From: Octopus vulgaris
Taxonomy: Eukaryota
Length of the DNA: 64,000 bases
Direction of reading: 5' to 3'
Assembly (NCBI GenBank): GCA_951406725.2
Contig: OX597819.1
Coordinates: forward strand, 50,716,001-50,780,000
The notes under the pieces were generated by a model. It was not told where the DNA came from. It did no database searches and saw nothing but the letters and a program-made list of their open reading frames with translations. The translations under genes were made by a program, and so were the position numbers. How positions within the stretch are numbered: position 1 is the stretch's first letter; every line of letters starts with the position of its first letter. Below are positions 11,920 through 28,472 of this stretch, piece after piece.

Positions 11920-12878
11920 GTTGCTACTTGTTGCTGTTGTTGCTTCATCTGCTGCTGCTGCAGCTGTTGCTGATGGTGCCGATGGTGCTGCTGCCACTGC
12001 CGCCATTGCCGTCACTGCTGCTCTACATGTTGTTGTTGCTGTTGTTGTTGTTCAGGTTTTGCTTGTTAGTGTGTTATCATTATTATATTTACTGCTATTA
12101 GTAGCATTTGTATTGCTTATGCTGTCATTGAAATTGTTGTTGCTGTTATTGTTGCTGTTGTTGTTATTGTTGTTGTTATTGGTGTTGTTTTTGTTGCTGT
12201 TTTTCTCGATTTTGCTGTTTTTTTTTGTTTTTATTACTACACCGTTTCTCCTCACCGCTCTAGTTGTTGCCTTCATCGCTGTTGTTTATGTCGCTGTTCT
12301 GGATATAATTTTCCTTTTCCATTGTTTTCCCGTCGTTGTTGTTATTGTTGTTGCTGCTGGGCGTAATACTTCTTCCTAATGTTGTTGTCGTTGTTGTTAT
12401 TGTTGTAAGTTTTCTTTTATTTGTTTCAATCTTTGGTACTACAGCAGTCGTTCTCGTCGCTGACGTAGACGGTGCCGATGTTGATATAACTTGTCTTGTC
12501 AGTTTCATTCTAGTCTTTGCTGTAATTACTATCATTGTTGGCATTCATGTCTTTTACTACAGTTGTTGTTGTTGCTGTTGCCATTGCTGCTTCTGCTGCT
12601 GCTGTTGTTGTTGTTTTTGTAGTTGCTGTTGCTGCTTGTGTTGTTGTTGTTGTTATTTTTACAGGTGCTGCTAGTTATTGTTATCACTGATGCAGCTGTT
12701 GCTGTGGTAGTTATTGTTGCTTTTACAGCTTTTATTACAGTTGTTGTTGTTATTGCTGGCGTTGCTCATTATGTTGACGTTATTGTAGTTCTTGTGACTG
12801 TTGTTGTTGTTGTGGCTGTTGCTGCTGCTGTTGTTGTTGTTATTGATGTCATTGTTGTTGCTGTATTGTTGTTATTTT
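11920..12878. repeat. Degenerate (GTT/GCT)n low-complexity tract
   Basis: Read directly; source of the V/L/A/C-rich ORFs. Confidence 0.9.
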
Positions 12879-13722
12879 AGGTGGAAAGCTGGCAGAATCG
12901 TTAGCACGCTGGGCGAAATGCGTAGCCGTATTTCGTCTGCCGTTACGTTCTGAGCTCGAATTCCGCCGAGGTCGACTTTGCCTTTCATCCTTTCGGGGTC
13001 GATAAATTAAGTACCAGTTACGCACTGGGGTCGATGTAATCGACTTAATCCGTTTGTCCGTCCTTGTTTATCCCTTCTATGTTTAGCCCCTTGAGGGCAA
13101 TAAAGAAAGAAGAAACATTAGCACGCCGGGCGAAATGCATAGCGGCATTTCGTCTGTCAACGTTCTGAGATCAAATTCCACCGAGGTTGACTTTACCTTT
13201 TATCCTTTCGGGATCGATAAATTAAGTACCAGTTGCGTACTGGGATCGATCCAATCGACTGGTTCCCTCCCCAAAAATTTCGGGCCTTATGCTTAGAGTA
13301 GAAAAGAATAATTATTGCTTGAAATGCAGCGAACTGGCAGAAACGTTAGCAGGCTGGGCGAAATGCGTAGCCGTATTTCGTCTGCCGTTACGTTCTGAGT
13401 TCAAAATCCGCCGAGGTCGACTTTGCCTTTCATCCTTTCGGGGTCGATTAAAATAAGTACCAGTTACGCACTGGTGTCGATGTAATCGACTTAATCCGTT
13501 TGTCTGTTATTGTTTGTTCCCTCTGTGTTTAGCCCCTTGTGGGTAGTAAAGAAATAGGTATTTCGTCTGTCTTAATGTTCTGAGTTCAAATTACACCGAG
13601 ATCGGCTTCGCCTTCATCCTTTCGGAGTCGATAAATTAAGTACCAGTTGCGTATTGAGGTCGATCTAATCGACTGGCCCCACCCCCAAAATTTCGGGTCT
13701 TGTGCCTATAGTGGAAAAGAAT
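12879..13722 (+). mobile_element. SINE family A, four head-to-tail modules (two dimers)
   Basis: Repeated GTTCTGAG(T/C/A)TC(A/G)AA B box plus CATCCTTTCGGGGTCGAT-like domain near 12950, 13165, 13395 and 13580. Confidence 0.85.
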
Positions 13723-13772
13723 ATTCTTATCGCGAAATTTATTGTTGTGGATGAAGATGGAGCTTCTGATAC

Positions 13773-13813
<41 letters not shown>

Positions 13814-13952
13814 TTGTTATTGTTGTCGTTCTGGTGCAAATGGCGTTATTTACGTTCTTTCAGGTGCTGTTGTTGTTGTTGCAGTTCTTGCACTATTTTG
13901 TAGAAGCTTACGCTGTTGTTGTTAATATTGTTGATGATGAAGTTGTGATTGT

Positions 13953-14010
<58 letters not shown>

Positions 14011-14225
14011 GATGTTGTTGTTGTTGTGGCGGTGGTTGCTACTGTCAGTGTGGGTGTTAAGGCTGCTAGGTGCTTAGCAGAGATTCCGTTAATTTCTGCA
14101 GACAATTTATTATCATCTCAGCTGTGTCGAAAACATCAGCCGCAAGATATATTATTGAACATTATTGCCACTGACGATGTAGAAATTAATGTTTCAGACA
14201 GCAATATGTCTTGTCAATCTAAACA

Positions 14226-17490
<3,265 letters not shown>

Positions 17491-18025
17491 ATATACTTAC
17501 ATACATATGTATTTATATCCATTACCAATATTTCATTTCGATGCTTATAACAATAAGAAGTAGGAAACATTATGAAATTTACTTATAATATTCTCATTGT
17601 TATCAGATCTGTGAATGCTCGTTGCTAGTTATAATCCTGTAATGAAGACACCGCGGAGATTTTCGCGCCATTTAACTTCTTAGCTGCTCCAGTTAAACCT
17701 CTAGACACATCGTTAGACTTGAACGAATTCAGATCTCGCCGCCATGTCTTTATAAAGCATCGTTTAAACAGCCTTTCAATATAATTTCTCTTCTCTTTTG
17801 GAGCTGCGTCTACATGTCTTCGTCTGTTCTTGTTTATCTGTAACATAGAAGTGTTTTTATATTTATGTATGCATATATGCATGTACGTACAGATGAAATT
17901 GTAATTGTCTTTTCTATCTATATGTGCGTATATATATATATATATATATACATACATTTATATGTATCATTTCTAAACCTCTCAGAGAGATTTATACAGT
18001 AGCAGCACGATAAAGTGATCGCTTG

Positions 18026-18277
18026 TTGCCAACTTAATGTGGCAGTCTCAGGAAAGGTAAAAATGCTAGGCCATACTACTCCAGACTGATGATGAGCAAT
18101 GATTCTGAAACTAGTCTCTGAATGCTGGCTTTGCTGGGTGGAGATGCTTATCTCCCCTCTTTGAAAACATAAGGACACAGAACGCTTGTGTCACATGGCC
18201 AACTGGAAACGGTGTTTCCTGGGGCTAAACAGCAGTAGCATTTTTCCTTTTCCTGGGACTGCCACATTAAGTTGGCA
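18026..18277. mobile_element. ~250-bp element with ~42-bp terminal inverted repeats and an internal HHR
   Basis: TGCCAACTTAATGTGGCAGTC..AAAAATGCTA pairs with TAGCATTTTT..GACTGCCACATTAAGTTGGCA; no clear TSD. Confidence 0.75.
18082..18120 (+). ncRNA. Minimal type I hammerhead ribozyme
   Basis: CAGA-CUGAUGA-UGAGCAAUGAUUCU-GAAA-C-UA-GUC-UCUG; stem III ACUAGU is a palindrome; stem II is weak. Confidence 0.7.
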
Positions 18278-18929
18278 TTCCTCGCATACTCTTTTTCTCT
18301 GTTATTTTGGTGCGGTACGGTGGATAAATTTAAAACTTTAGCTCATATTTCTAGCACGTGTATGCTTCTTAAGCATCTTTACGCGTCATGCAAATTTATA
18401 ATTCATAGCTATTTAATGCTATTGCACCTGCGATCCACCTATGTCACTCACGGTGATATCATCAATTTTAAAATTTATCCACAGTATGAACAGTAGTGAC
18501 ATCTGATATTAAATCTCATTGTTTGAATGTTTTGCTTATATATATACACCCGCACAGATATGTACACACACTCACACACACACATATATAAGGTTTTATA
18601 AAGAATTATCAATAACGTAACAATATTTGAAAATTAATTTTCTTAAGTTAAAATTTATTAATCATAGTAAAATGTCTAACTGCAGAATAATACTATGGAG
18701 GAGGTTTTCGTAAGTGTGTACGCTCTCATTGTTAATAGACTTTTTCAAACACTCGTCTTACGGCATAATCTGTATTAGTGGAAGGTGTTTTTAGTAATGG
18801 TGTGCACCACCTCTGATATAGCTCCGAAAAAGAGTTCTTGTAAAGTATTCTTCTTTTTATCTTCCCTTGTGGATCATTTTCTCAAAATATGTAGTTGACA
18901 TTCAGTAACTTTTTTTCAGTTTTCTTTGA

Positions 18930-20130
18930 AATAAAATTATAAATACCGATAAAAAGTAATCTCAGAACGGGTATTAAGTTTTTCTTCAAGCACTGCAATT
19001 ACTAGTCTTGCCAAGTGGAGGGCAAATCTTGTGATCATTACTGCGCCATGTTTTTTGGAAGTTAATATTTATTGTCAGAAAATAAGTGATTGTTTTCTAG
19101 CACCAATCCTTCTAGTATAAATTCTCTATGAATTTCTCTTGACTTTTGTGTTGGTGTTTGTCTATCCAGAATTCTAACGGTTCCAATCGTAACCCATGGG
19201 AAATATTTATCTATAGGCTAGTCACGTCGAAAATAAACATGATAAGCGTTATATATCTCTTTCCGGAAAGACGTTTAGGAAGTTAATGCCATTTCTACCA
19301 AACTTGGAATTTATTTGTATAATAGTTTCGAAATTATGCTATGTGATTTGCTTATTCGTTGGGTACTCTATTTTGGTCCATCAATAACTGGTCATAATTT
19401 TGTATCAAATGTTTAGAGAATCTTAACTATGGTTTACGGAGGTTCTTTAACCTGTTATGAATTTCTTTGGTTTATGAATTTTCGGCCAGTTTTTCAATTC
19501 CAAATTTAAATGGTAACCCAAATCTTTTTCTGTTAAACTGTTTTTGAGTTTGCTCCTTCATTTATCAGTTTTGTTAATTTATCTGCACTCTTTCTAAGTG
19601 TTTGTAGAAATCTTGGTCACTTCATTGTTTTAAGAATAGCCCTTGTCCGTTGTCCTGTAATAGCTCTTGTCCGTTGTTATTTTAGCTTCTCTTTTGTCAC
19701 CTTCTCTAATGAATATTGCCGAGTCTTTGTGTAGACATTTCACTGCCTGTTACCTTTCATTTGCAATGTTTGATTTTATACGATTTACTAGAATGTTTGA
19801 ATTTGTAGACCTTTTTAGATAGGGATTTTTTTATATTCCTCTGAGTGTTTATACATATTCATTAAAGGCTTGATTATCTTTTGTTACCGACGGCTGCGAA
19901 CAGGTGCGCGGACGAAGTTGTTTAACTGCGATGTTTGTGCTTGTGCTCTTTTGAGTTTAACAAGTGATGGATCTTCGTAACTCTTCTTTTTAGAAGAACT
20001 TCCGTTGACGAAGATTTTATTTCATTTCTGAGGGGTTTCGTTGTGAAAAATTTATTATTTCTTGATAGATTAGTTCAGTATTGATTTGAATCTTTATATC
20101 ACCTGCCTTGTCTTTAGTTTTTGCATGGAA
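18930..20130 (-). mobile_element. Degenerate Penelope-like element reverse transcriptase
   Basis: Reverse-strand motifs in order: FIREGDK..DKSYY (IIKxADKG-like), PKIHK, PVIDGPK*STQRIS, FDVTSL*INISH..LEFWIDKH, VLENN, HGAVMITRFA..LVIAVLEEKL; many stops and frameshifts; the 5' limit is uncertain. Confidence 0.8.
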
Positions 20131-20382
20131 CTCCTGCTCCCAAAAGAAGTTTTATTAGTGAGCAATTGTCCTCCATATTCCTGTTCTGTGTCTTTTAACC
20201 TGAAGGAAGCTGGTTGGTATGCACCTTACATTAACTAATTCATCTGCTACTGTTACAGATTCCGTCCACCGCTTTTCGCTTCCAAATCCCTAAACTCATG
20301 GGAACTTGTAATTAAAAAACCCCTGGTGATTGTTAGTGAGAAAAGAAACTCCCGAGAAATACTCCATATTGTATATAAGTTT

Positions 20383-20801
20383 TCTTATTTCTTTATTGCC
20401 CAGAAGGGGCCAAACATAGAGGGAGCAAACAAGGACAGACAAAGGGATTAAGGCGATTACATCGGCCCTGGTACATAACTGGTACTTAATTTATCGCCCC
20501 CGAAAGGATGAAGGCAAAGTCGACCTCGGCAGAATTTGAGCTCAAAACATAACGGCAGACGAAATACCTATTTCTTTACTACCCACAAGGGGCTAAACAC
20601 AGAGAGGACAAACAAGGATAGACAAACGGATTAAGTCGATTATATCGACCCCAGTGCGTAACTGGTACTTAATTTATCGACCCCGAAAGGATGAAAGGCA
20701 AAGTCGACCTCGGCGGAATTTGAACTCAAAACGTAACGGCGGACGAAATACCGCTAAGCACTTCGCCCGGTGTGCTAACGTTTCTGCCAGCTTGCCGCCT
20801 T
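20383..20801 (-). mobile_element. SINE family A dimer
   Basis: Two modules; TATTGTATATAAGTTTTCT flanks both sides (~20367 and ~20801) as a likely TSD. Confidence 0.9.
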
Positions 20802-22161
20802 ATTGTATATAAGTTTTCTGAGTAACAATTTGTAGTTGCTAGAAACCAAACAAACATTGTTTTGATCACTTGAGCGTTAGAAATAGTTATTAAATTCACG
20901 TATAAATTTACATTATACCGTTTTAAAGATGTGAAGAAGAAATTTGAGAGTAAGTTATGTGAGCATCTACACCTAACTATTATAAACCAAATAAATAGCA
21001 TATACTATTAGAAACAGCAACCAAATATTCAAGAATATCAATATCCCAGCTTAATAACATGAAGGACAATTTGAATAACATTGCTTCAAATAGTTGTCAC
21101 GAAGATGGCTTTAATTATGTCTCATAGAGCATGACTGACCTTGAACTAATCAAAAACAACAACAACAACAACAAAAACAACAACAACAACAACACTACCG
21201 CCACTTTCAATTGTAAGCTATTGACACTTAGAATTGTGAATGAAAACAGTGGGTATTTGGAAAATATCCTTCGATGTATATAAGTATTCCAAGCATTAAT
21301 ACCTAGTCATTATTTAGCGATAAATAGACTAAACTTTGATCTGTGTTAATCGTAAATCTTCTGTGAAACTCAGCGAAAAGTCAACAGTTTGCATGTTTTA
21401 TGTTGATCAGTAATCCGTTTGTGGTTCACTAACAATTGTTAATCCCTTGGAGGATTATCGAACGAATATATATTAAGTAAATATGATGCAAAACTTTGCC
21501 AAAATTTTACTCTGATTCACTGCTGTTTATATTAACTTATATAAATAGTCATGTAACAGATGTGATACATACATACACACATACGTACATACATACATAC
21601 ATACATACATACATACATACATACATGCATACATACATACATACATACATACATACATACATACATACATACATAATACATACACATATTCACACACATG
21701 TGTAGTGTGCATGTATATATAATATATATATATGAATATAGTATATAGATAGCTATACATATACATATATAAATATATAAATGCATACACACATATGCAC
21801 ATATATAAATGCATGCATACACACATATACATACATATATACATACATGCATGCATGCATACATATATAATATATATACATTCATATGTATGTGTACGCG
21901 TGTGTGCATATGTGTATGTGTAACAGGTAGATATACCTACATATGCACATATGCATTCATTTATGCATGTATCTAAGTGTATATCCTTGTATTGTGCATA
22001 TGTGTATGTGTATGTATTGGTGGTGATATCTGTGTCACTGATTTCTGTCATCAGTTTGAAGTGTGCTGAAGTACGGTGTTCAAGAGTTTTCTTTTGCGAG
22101 CAGGGATCATACTAATCTCGGTACTTATTTTATTGACATTCATTTCTCGGTTCGCTAGGGT

Positions 22162-22486
22162 GATCCCCTTCAGTCATGTATGACCATCGGATTGCACCTA
22201 GAAAGTTACCCTCCGAGGCACTAGTCCAAGCAAGGTTGTTTCTGGAAAACCAGCATTCGCCCATGCATACCAACCCACTTCTCCATGCCACCGATGTTGT
22301 CCAAAGGAAAGGCAAAGACCGATACAGATTGGCACCGGTGACGTCACAACACATTTCTACTGGTGAGTAAGCCAAAGCAACGTGAGATAAAGTGTCTTGC
22401 TCAAGAACACAACACACAACTCGGTCCGAGAATCGAACTCACAACCTCGCGATCGTAATCTCGACGCTGTAACCACTGAGCCATGA
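22162..22486 (-). mobile_element. tRNA-derived SINE family D
   Basis: Reverse strand has the TGGCTCAGTGG A box and GAGTTCGATTC B box; homologous to 63033-63330. Confidence 0.85.
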
Positions 22487-22624
22487 ACAACACCAGCTTT
22501 AGGCTGGTAAAACATTCTAAACCGCTGCGAAAACACATGGCTGCACATATGTACGTACATACATACAAGCATACATGTATGCATGCATGCGTACATACAC
22601 ACACATACATACATGCATACATTA

Positions 22625-23135
22625 TAGAATACATTCATAAAGACCAACTCAAAGATTACTGGTGAAATATTCTCATCAAAATTTCTGTCAAATGTAAAGA
22701 GGCCGGATATTGTTGTTTGGGACAGAGAGGCAAGGATATATGCCATCAGAGAGGTCGCCTTGCAGATATAAATATCTCTTTGAAAATCAAAGAAAAGAGG
22801 ATATCTCTGGACAACTGCTTCGAAACCTCCATCTTCTATATCTAGATATGAATTCATTTTCATACCAATAATAATTGGAGCACTAGGTTTTGTTAGTAAA
22901 TGCTTAAAGGAGACTCTGGATAAAATGGGATTTTCAGAAAGAGAAAATCGACCGGCTAATTCGTACGTTACGAGTGCAATCTGTGAATGGAAGAGTAAAA
23001 ATATGCAAGACTTTTCTCAAGTTCCAAATGTGAATTTGTCTGTGTTAACTGCATCCCAAAGATGGAGCCTTCTATCTTTGTTGGAAATCGGCTCCTTCCT
23101 CAGTGGAAGATTTATATTAATTAAAAATTAGAAGA
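22625..23135 (+). mobile_element. RLE non-LTR retrotransposon 3' fragment in (TACA)n
   Basis: Translates YW*NILIKISVKCK / RPDIVVWDRE / IPIIIGALGFVSKCLK / VKICKTFLKFQM*, followed by a short 3'UTR and (TACA)n. Confidence 0.8.
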
Positions 23136-24314
23136 GACATACATACATGCATACATACAAACATACATACATACATACATGCCTCGATGGTTTAAAATGT
23201 TAATTTGTCTTTGTTATCAATATTCCAACAAGGAAGCTATGTATCTTTGTTAGAAGCCAGCTCTTTTCTCAGCGGAAGATTTCAAATAGTTGAAAATAGA
23301 ATAGAATATACCTTTATACATACTTATACAAACACACTTGTATATGTGTCTCCCTTAGACCAATCGAAATGTATTGCATTTAATGCCTTTATTAAATATT
23401 CCTGTGTTAGTTTTCTTTAACCCTTCTGTTAAGTTCAGTGGGGGATTTTCTCTTTGACAAATAGATTAGCAACTTAAAATCAATTTTAACTGATTCTTTT
23501 TTCCCCATTTGTATTGCGATTAAAGTTAACAGTAACCAATTGAAACCGTTTTGTAATTGGAAGGTAGTTTCCTCTAGTTACTATAGTAACGATTGTTAAA
23601 GCTATCTGTCGAAACAAGACTTCATTTAGACTCGATGAAACTGGGCTAAGAAATGCATGTATTATGTGTATATATAAGATCTCTCACACGCTTATAGGCT
23701 CATTAGGACTAAGCGTATCCTTGTTTCCATGCTGTATAAGCAACCAAGATTTGAACGGACAGCCAGTTTGCCGCACGCTTTATAACCAGTACTTATTTGA
23801 ACTAGGTGAATAGCAGCAACGCGAAATAAAAACACAACCTCCTGGTTAGTCTAGTAATCGCCATCATAGCCACTGTTCAACAACTTAACCACTGACGCAT
23901 TTTTGACCGCTTATTCGATTAAAGTTGTAGATAGTCCAGTAAAGCACCTAATAACAGCGGCTTTAAAATACAATTCCACAGTAGCCACTTAAGAGTAGGG
24001 TAATCGATAACTGATAAGAATGTCAATAGGTATGAAACTATAGTCCGCTAGACCCGCTTTTGTCTACGGTGACATTGTATAAATATGCAATATAAATATG
24101 TAATATCACAGATGGCAGGTAAAGAGGAATCTACTAAAATATAGTTTCAAACCAGTTTAATTAGACAACACATATTGGCTAAAATCTATGTGCTTACTCC
24201 AAAGCGAACTTTAGAATGAAAAATTAACACCGCTAAAGCCTCAGTAATTTTTTTCCCAATCGAACTAACTGGTAAGGTTGCGACAAATATTCAAAATTTT
24301 TTGATTGGTATAAT

Positions 24315-24465
<151 letters not shown>

Positions 24466-24489
24466 TTTAAATAATGGTGAAATGTAAGT

Positions 24490-24720
24490 GGGAATGCACT
24501 ATAATGTATATATAAGAAGTAATTAAAATTCAGCTGAATTAGGTACTTAAGTTGAAGCACCAAGTCCGCCCGGTATTATCCGCACAGCTCGAAGTAGGGT
24601 GAATAAAATCAAAAATCAAAATACGTAACAGGATTTAAAATAGTAATGCAGTACGACCGTTTCAAGCGTCGCAATCATTAAGTCAATTTTAAATTCAGTG
24701 TTATCTTCAGTTGCACAGAT
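24490..24720 (-). mobile_element. PLE terminal-repeat-like segment with a degenerate HHR (24647-24715); relatives at 25920-26030 and 26480-26712
   Basis: UGCAA-CUGAAGA..GAAA-C-GGUC-GUA-CUGCA; the relatives have the palindromic ACGAUCGU stem III. Confidence 0.55.
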
Positions 24721-25149
24721 ATGGAATTTCAACAGACAGGGTACATTAATATAATTTTTCTTAAATACTTTAAGAGAGCCAGAGGATAGAAGAAATTCAT
24801 GCTGTGGCTATTGTAGCAGGAATAGCTAAGAGAACAGACGACAATTTATATATAGAGTGGCATGGAACACAGTAGGAGTCATAGGGTTATAATTCATTTC
24901 CAAATATTATCTATTTCTTTATCATTCAACTAATAACTGAGACTAGAAGACTGTGTATATTTAGAAGAAAGGGCAAAAGTGAGTTGACAGCTCATGACTG
25001 GCTATTGGTCATAGATATTTTCAAAAGTACCCCTCCATCCACAAGAAAAAGAAACAAAATTTTAGAAAAGAGTCAATTAGATAGTAACTGTCTATAAAAG
25101 AGGTTGGGTAGGAGTGACATTAATTCATGGTGTTGCTACCAGTTAAAGG

Positions 25150-25350
25150 GGAAAATACTATGACACTTAGGATGCTATAATGAGATTCAGAAAAAATATT
25201 AGGGGCTCGGTGGGAGGACGTTTATAAACAACGCTATGATGTTGTATAAGAATTTTTTTAAATGTCCAGAAAATTGATATCATAACCAAGTATGCTAAAA
25301 GATGTATATGGATCAATTTTAAGCATTAAAAGGAAGATTACTATTATGTA
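25150..25350 (-). mobile_element. Possible highly degraded PLE RT thumb region
   Basis: INFLDI..VYKRP..HP-like residues across frameshifts, upstream of the HHR at 24647 on the same strand. Confidence 0.3.
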
Positions 25351-25585
25351 GAATCCATTTAATACATCATCTTCACTTAATTAATTAACTATTAGGTGGT
25401 TTCAATTAAGACTATTCAAACCACTTACATGTAGAATATCTGGAAAGATATACATACTATTTGCTGATTGAAAGTAATGACTCAGAAGCAGAATAATAAG
25501 ATAATATGTAGACATGATTAAATGTAAATATCCAAGAAAGGTGTGTACTGATATAAGTAGGTGTGATAGTATAAAAATAATACAT

Positions 25586-25800
25586 GGAGGCGCAATGGCC
25601 TAGTGGTTAGGGCAGCGGACTTGCGGTCGGAGGATCGCGGTTTCGATTCCCAGACCGGGCGTTGTGTGTGTTTATTGAGCGAAAACACCTAAAAGCTCCA
25701 CGAGGCTCCGGCAGGAGATGGTGATCCCTGCTGTACTCTTTCACCACTCTAAAGGCGGTGCTCCAGCATGGCCGCAGTCAAATGACTGAAACAAGTACAA
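25586..25800 (+). mobile_element. Chimeric SINE: family C tRNA head joined to a family B tail
   Basis: GGAGGCGCAATGGCCTAGTGGTTAGGGCAGCGG..GTTTCGATTCCC, switching at ~25750 to AAAGGCGGTGCTCCAGC. Confidence 0.8.
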
Positions 25801-25864
25801 AAAAAAAAAAAAAAAAAATACTTATACATATGCAAAAAGTGATTTTATATATACATATGTATAT

Positions 25865-25916
<52 letters not shown>

Positions 25917-26039
25917 ATATATAATCAAAATAAGCAACAGGATATTCAGAGGTAATGCAGTACGATCGCTTCAAGCGACTTCATTTAATTGAACAATGCA
26001 ACCATTACATCAATTTTAAATGCAGAGCAATCCATGAAC

Positions 26040-26280
26040 TCTGCTGTGCATGCGCACTAAATTTTACCGTTCTAGTTCACTTCCGCTCTTTACAGCAGTG
26101 TTTGGAAGGAGAATCTCTAGCGTGTGATCGTCGCATTGACCTCGAGAGAGTAAGTTGTCATGATGATACCTGCTTAAGAGGCCGACGCAAAGTTGCAGAA
26201 AGTGTATGGCGACAGATGTATGAGCCGCACACAAGTGTATGAGTGGTTCAGACGTTTCTAAGATGGCGCCAAAGAAATGT
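26040..26280 (+). mobile_element. Mariner transposase N-terminal HTH remnant
   Basis: Translates AKLQKVYGDRCMSRTQVYEWFRRF*DG. Confidence 0.8.
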
Positions 26281-26384
26281 TGATATGTTCACTAATGTTC
26301 ACTAATGTTCCAGGAGACCTGCAACCAGCAGAACCGAGAAAAACAACAGTCCGGATACTTATTGATCAGGCAACACATATACAT

Positions 26385-26420
<36 letters not shown>

Positions 26421-26559
26421 GCACACACACACGCACACACACACGCACACACACACATATATATATATACTAATATATAGATTCGGATGAATATGGTATT
26501 TAAGTTGAGGCACCAGAATTTAGTGCGGTATTATCCATACAATTTCAAAATAAGGTGAT

Positions 26560-26712
26560 TAAAATCAAAATAAGCAACAAGGATATCCAGAGGTAATGCA
26601 GTACGATCGTTTCAAGCGACTCCATTTAATTGCATTGTTCAATTAAATGGAGTCGCATGAAACGATCGTACTGCATTACCTCTGGATATCCTTGTTGCTT
26701 ATTTTGATTTTA
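26560..26712. repeat. Near-perfect palindrome (~73-bp arms, 7-nt loop)
   Basis: One mismatch seen; each arm carries the HHR 3' half GAAACGAUCGUA. Confidence 0.9.
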
Positions 26713-27832
26713 TACACTTATATATGTATATACATCTATGTGTTGTGCATTTGTGTGTGGATAAATGGAATTTGATCAAACGGAGGCTGTAGCGAAGAGT
26801 TGGTAATCCCTGGTTCATATTTTACTACTAATATGCATACATCTACGTTAGAAAATCATCAGTGTGTTTATATTCCGATATATGTATGTATGTATGTACG
26901 TGTGCTTGTGTGTTCAATGTGTGTGTGTGTACACACACAAACACACACACACACACATATATATATCCATGTTGGCTGGTATATCACCGTGTATGGTTCG
27001 AATATATGGATGTACTGCGTGTATGTATAAATATATGTTGCTGTTTCGTGTCGTTAAGCATTTCCCTTGTATAATTCCTTGCTTTACATACATATTTAAT
27101 TCTGGAGCTTTATAGAGAAATCTGCGATTTATATAGGTGTGTACTTATGTACATATTTGAACGTATATTAATATTGCAAAAGAACATATTCACACACATA
27201 CACACACATATATATATATGACTGTACATGTTTCTGTGAACCAGCGTGTAGATTGATACATAAATACACATGCACATTCTTAAACTCAGACACACACACA
27301 CAAATACATACATATATATATGTGTGTGTGTGCGCATGTATATACATACAAATTTCATGCAACGTTAAATTATGCATAAATGTACTGTACATTTATTCCT
27401 ATGTATATGTTTGTCTTAATGCGTCATGTCTGTCTGTATTAAGTACGATATGTTTAACGTTATCTGATGTAAGTATGTAGGGTTGAGTGGACGACCTGAT
27501 CAGGATTTCATGCGTGAATATATTAAAGTGTAGATAAGTAGTCAGCGTACATAGAAAACATGTATAAAAACATACAAAGACGAGTTTCCTCTCGGAAACA
27601 CAAGCAGACCGACTCTGTCTCACGCTCATAGATACACGCATATTAATGTCTAATATGTAGTATTATGTGTATTATATGTAATGTACTATACACACACACA
27701 TACACACAGACACACTCACACATATATATATATATACATACACGCATATGTATATAAATACGTACGTACGTACATACATACATACATACATACATACATT
27801 TATCTGTGTGTATGTATATATATATGTATATA

Positions 27833-27879
<47 letters not shown>

Positions 27880-27927
27880 CATACATACATATATAAATAC
27901 ATATATATATGTTATAAAAATATACGA

Positions 27928-28039
<112 letters not shown>

Positions 28040-28161
28040 AGAACAATCTTACTTAGAAAGGGATGCGTGCGTTACCGTAATGGGCTTATTACACATGCTA
28101 AGCTACTGATATTATTATAAACAATAATATCCTCACACACACATATGTATGTATGTATGTG

Positions 28162-28222
<61 letters not shown>

Positions 28223-28342
28223 GTATATATATGTGTGTGTGTATGTGTGTGTATAGGATAAGTATATAAACAAATATAAATATCTATGCATATATATATA
28301 TTCATATAAATATGTATGCATATCAATCTATCTATCTATCTT

Positions 28343-28421
<79 letters not shown>

Positions 28422-28472
28422 CTCTCTCTCTCTATCTATCTATCTATACATACATACTTACATACATACTAT

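Noticed and set aside
12879-13722. CRISPR-like or regularly spaced array
   Set aside because: The repeats are ~200-bp SINE modules with no unique spacers and no cas genes, in a eukaryotic context.
17918-18178. 86-aa ORF as an exon
   Set aside because: It overlaps the TIR/HHR element and ends in a microsatellite.
25586-25660. tRNA gene
   Set aside because: The tRNA-like head continues into a SINE body and has no proper acceptor stem or terminator; the same holds for the other A/B-box heads.
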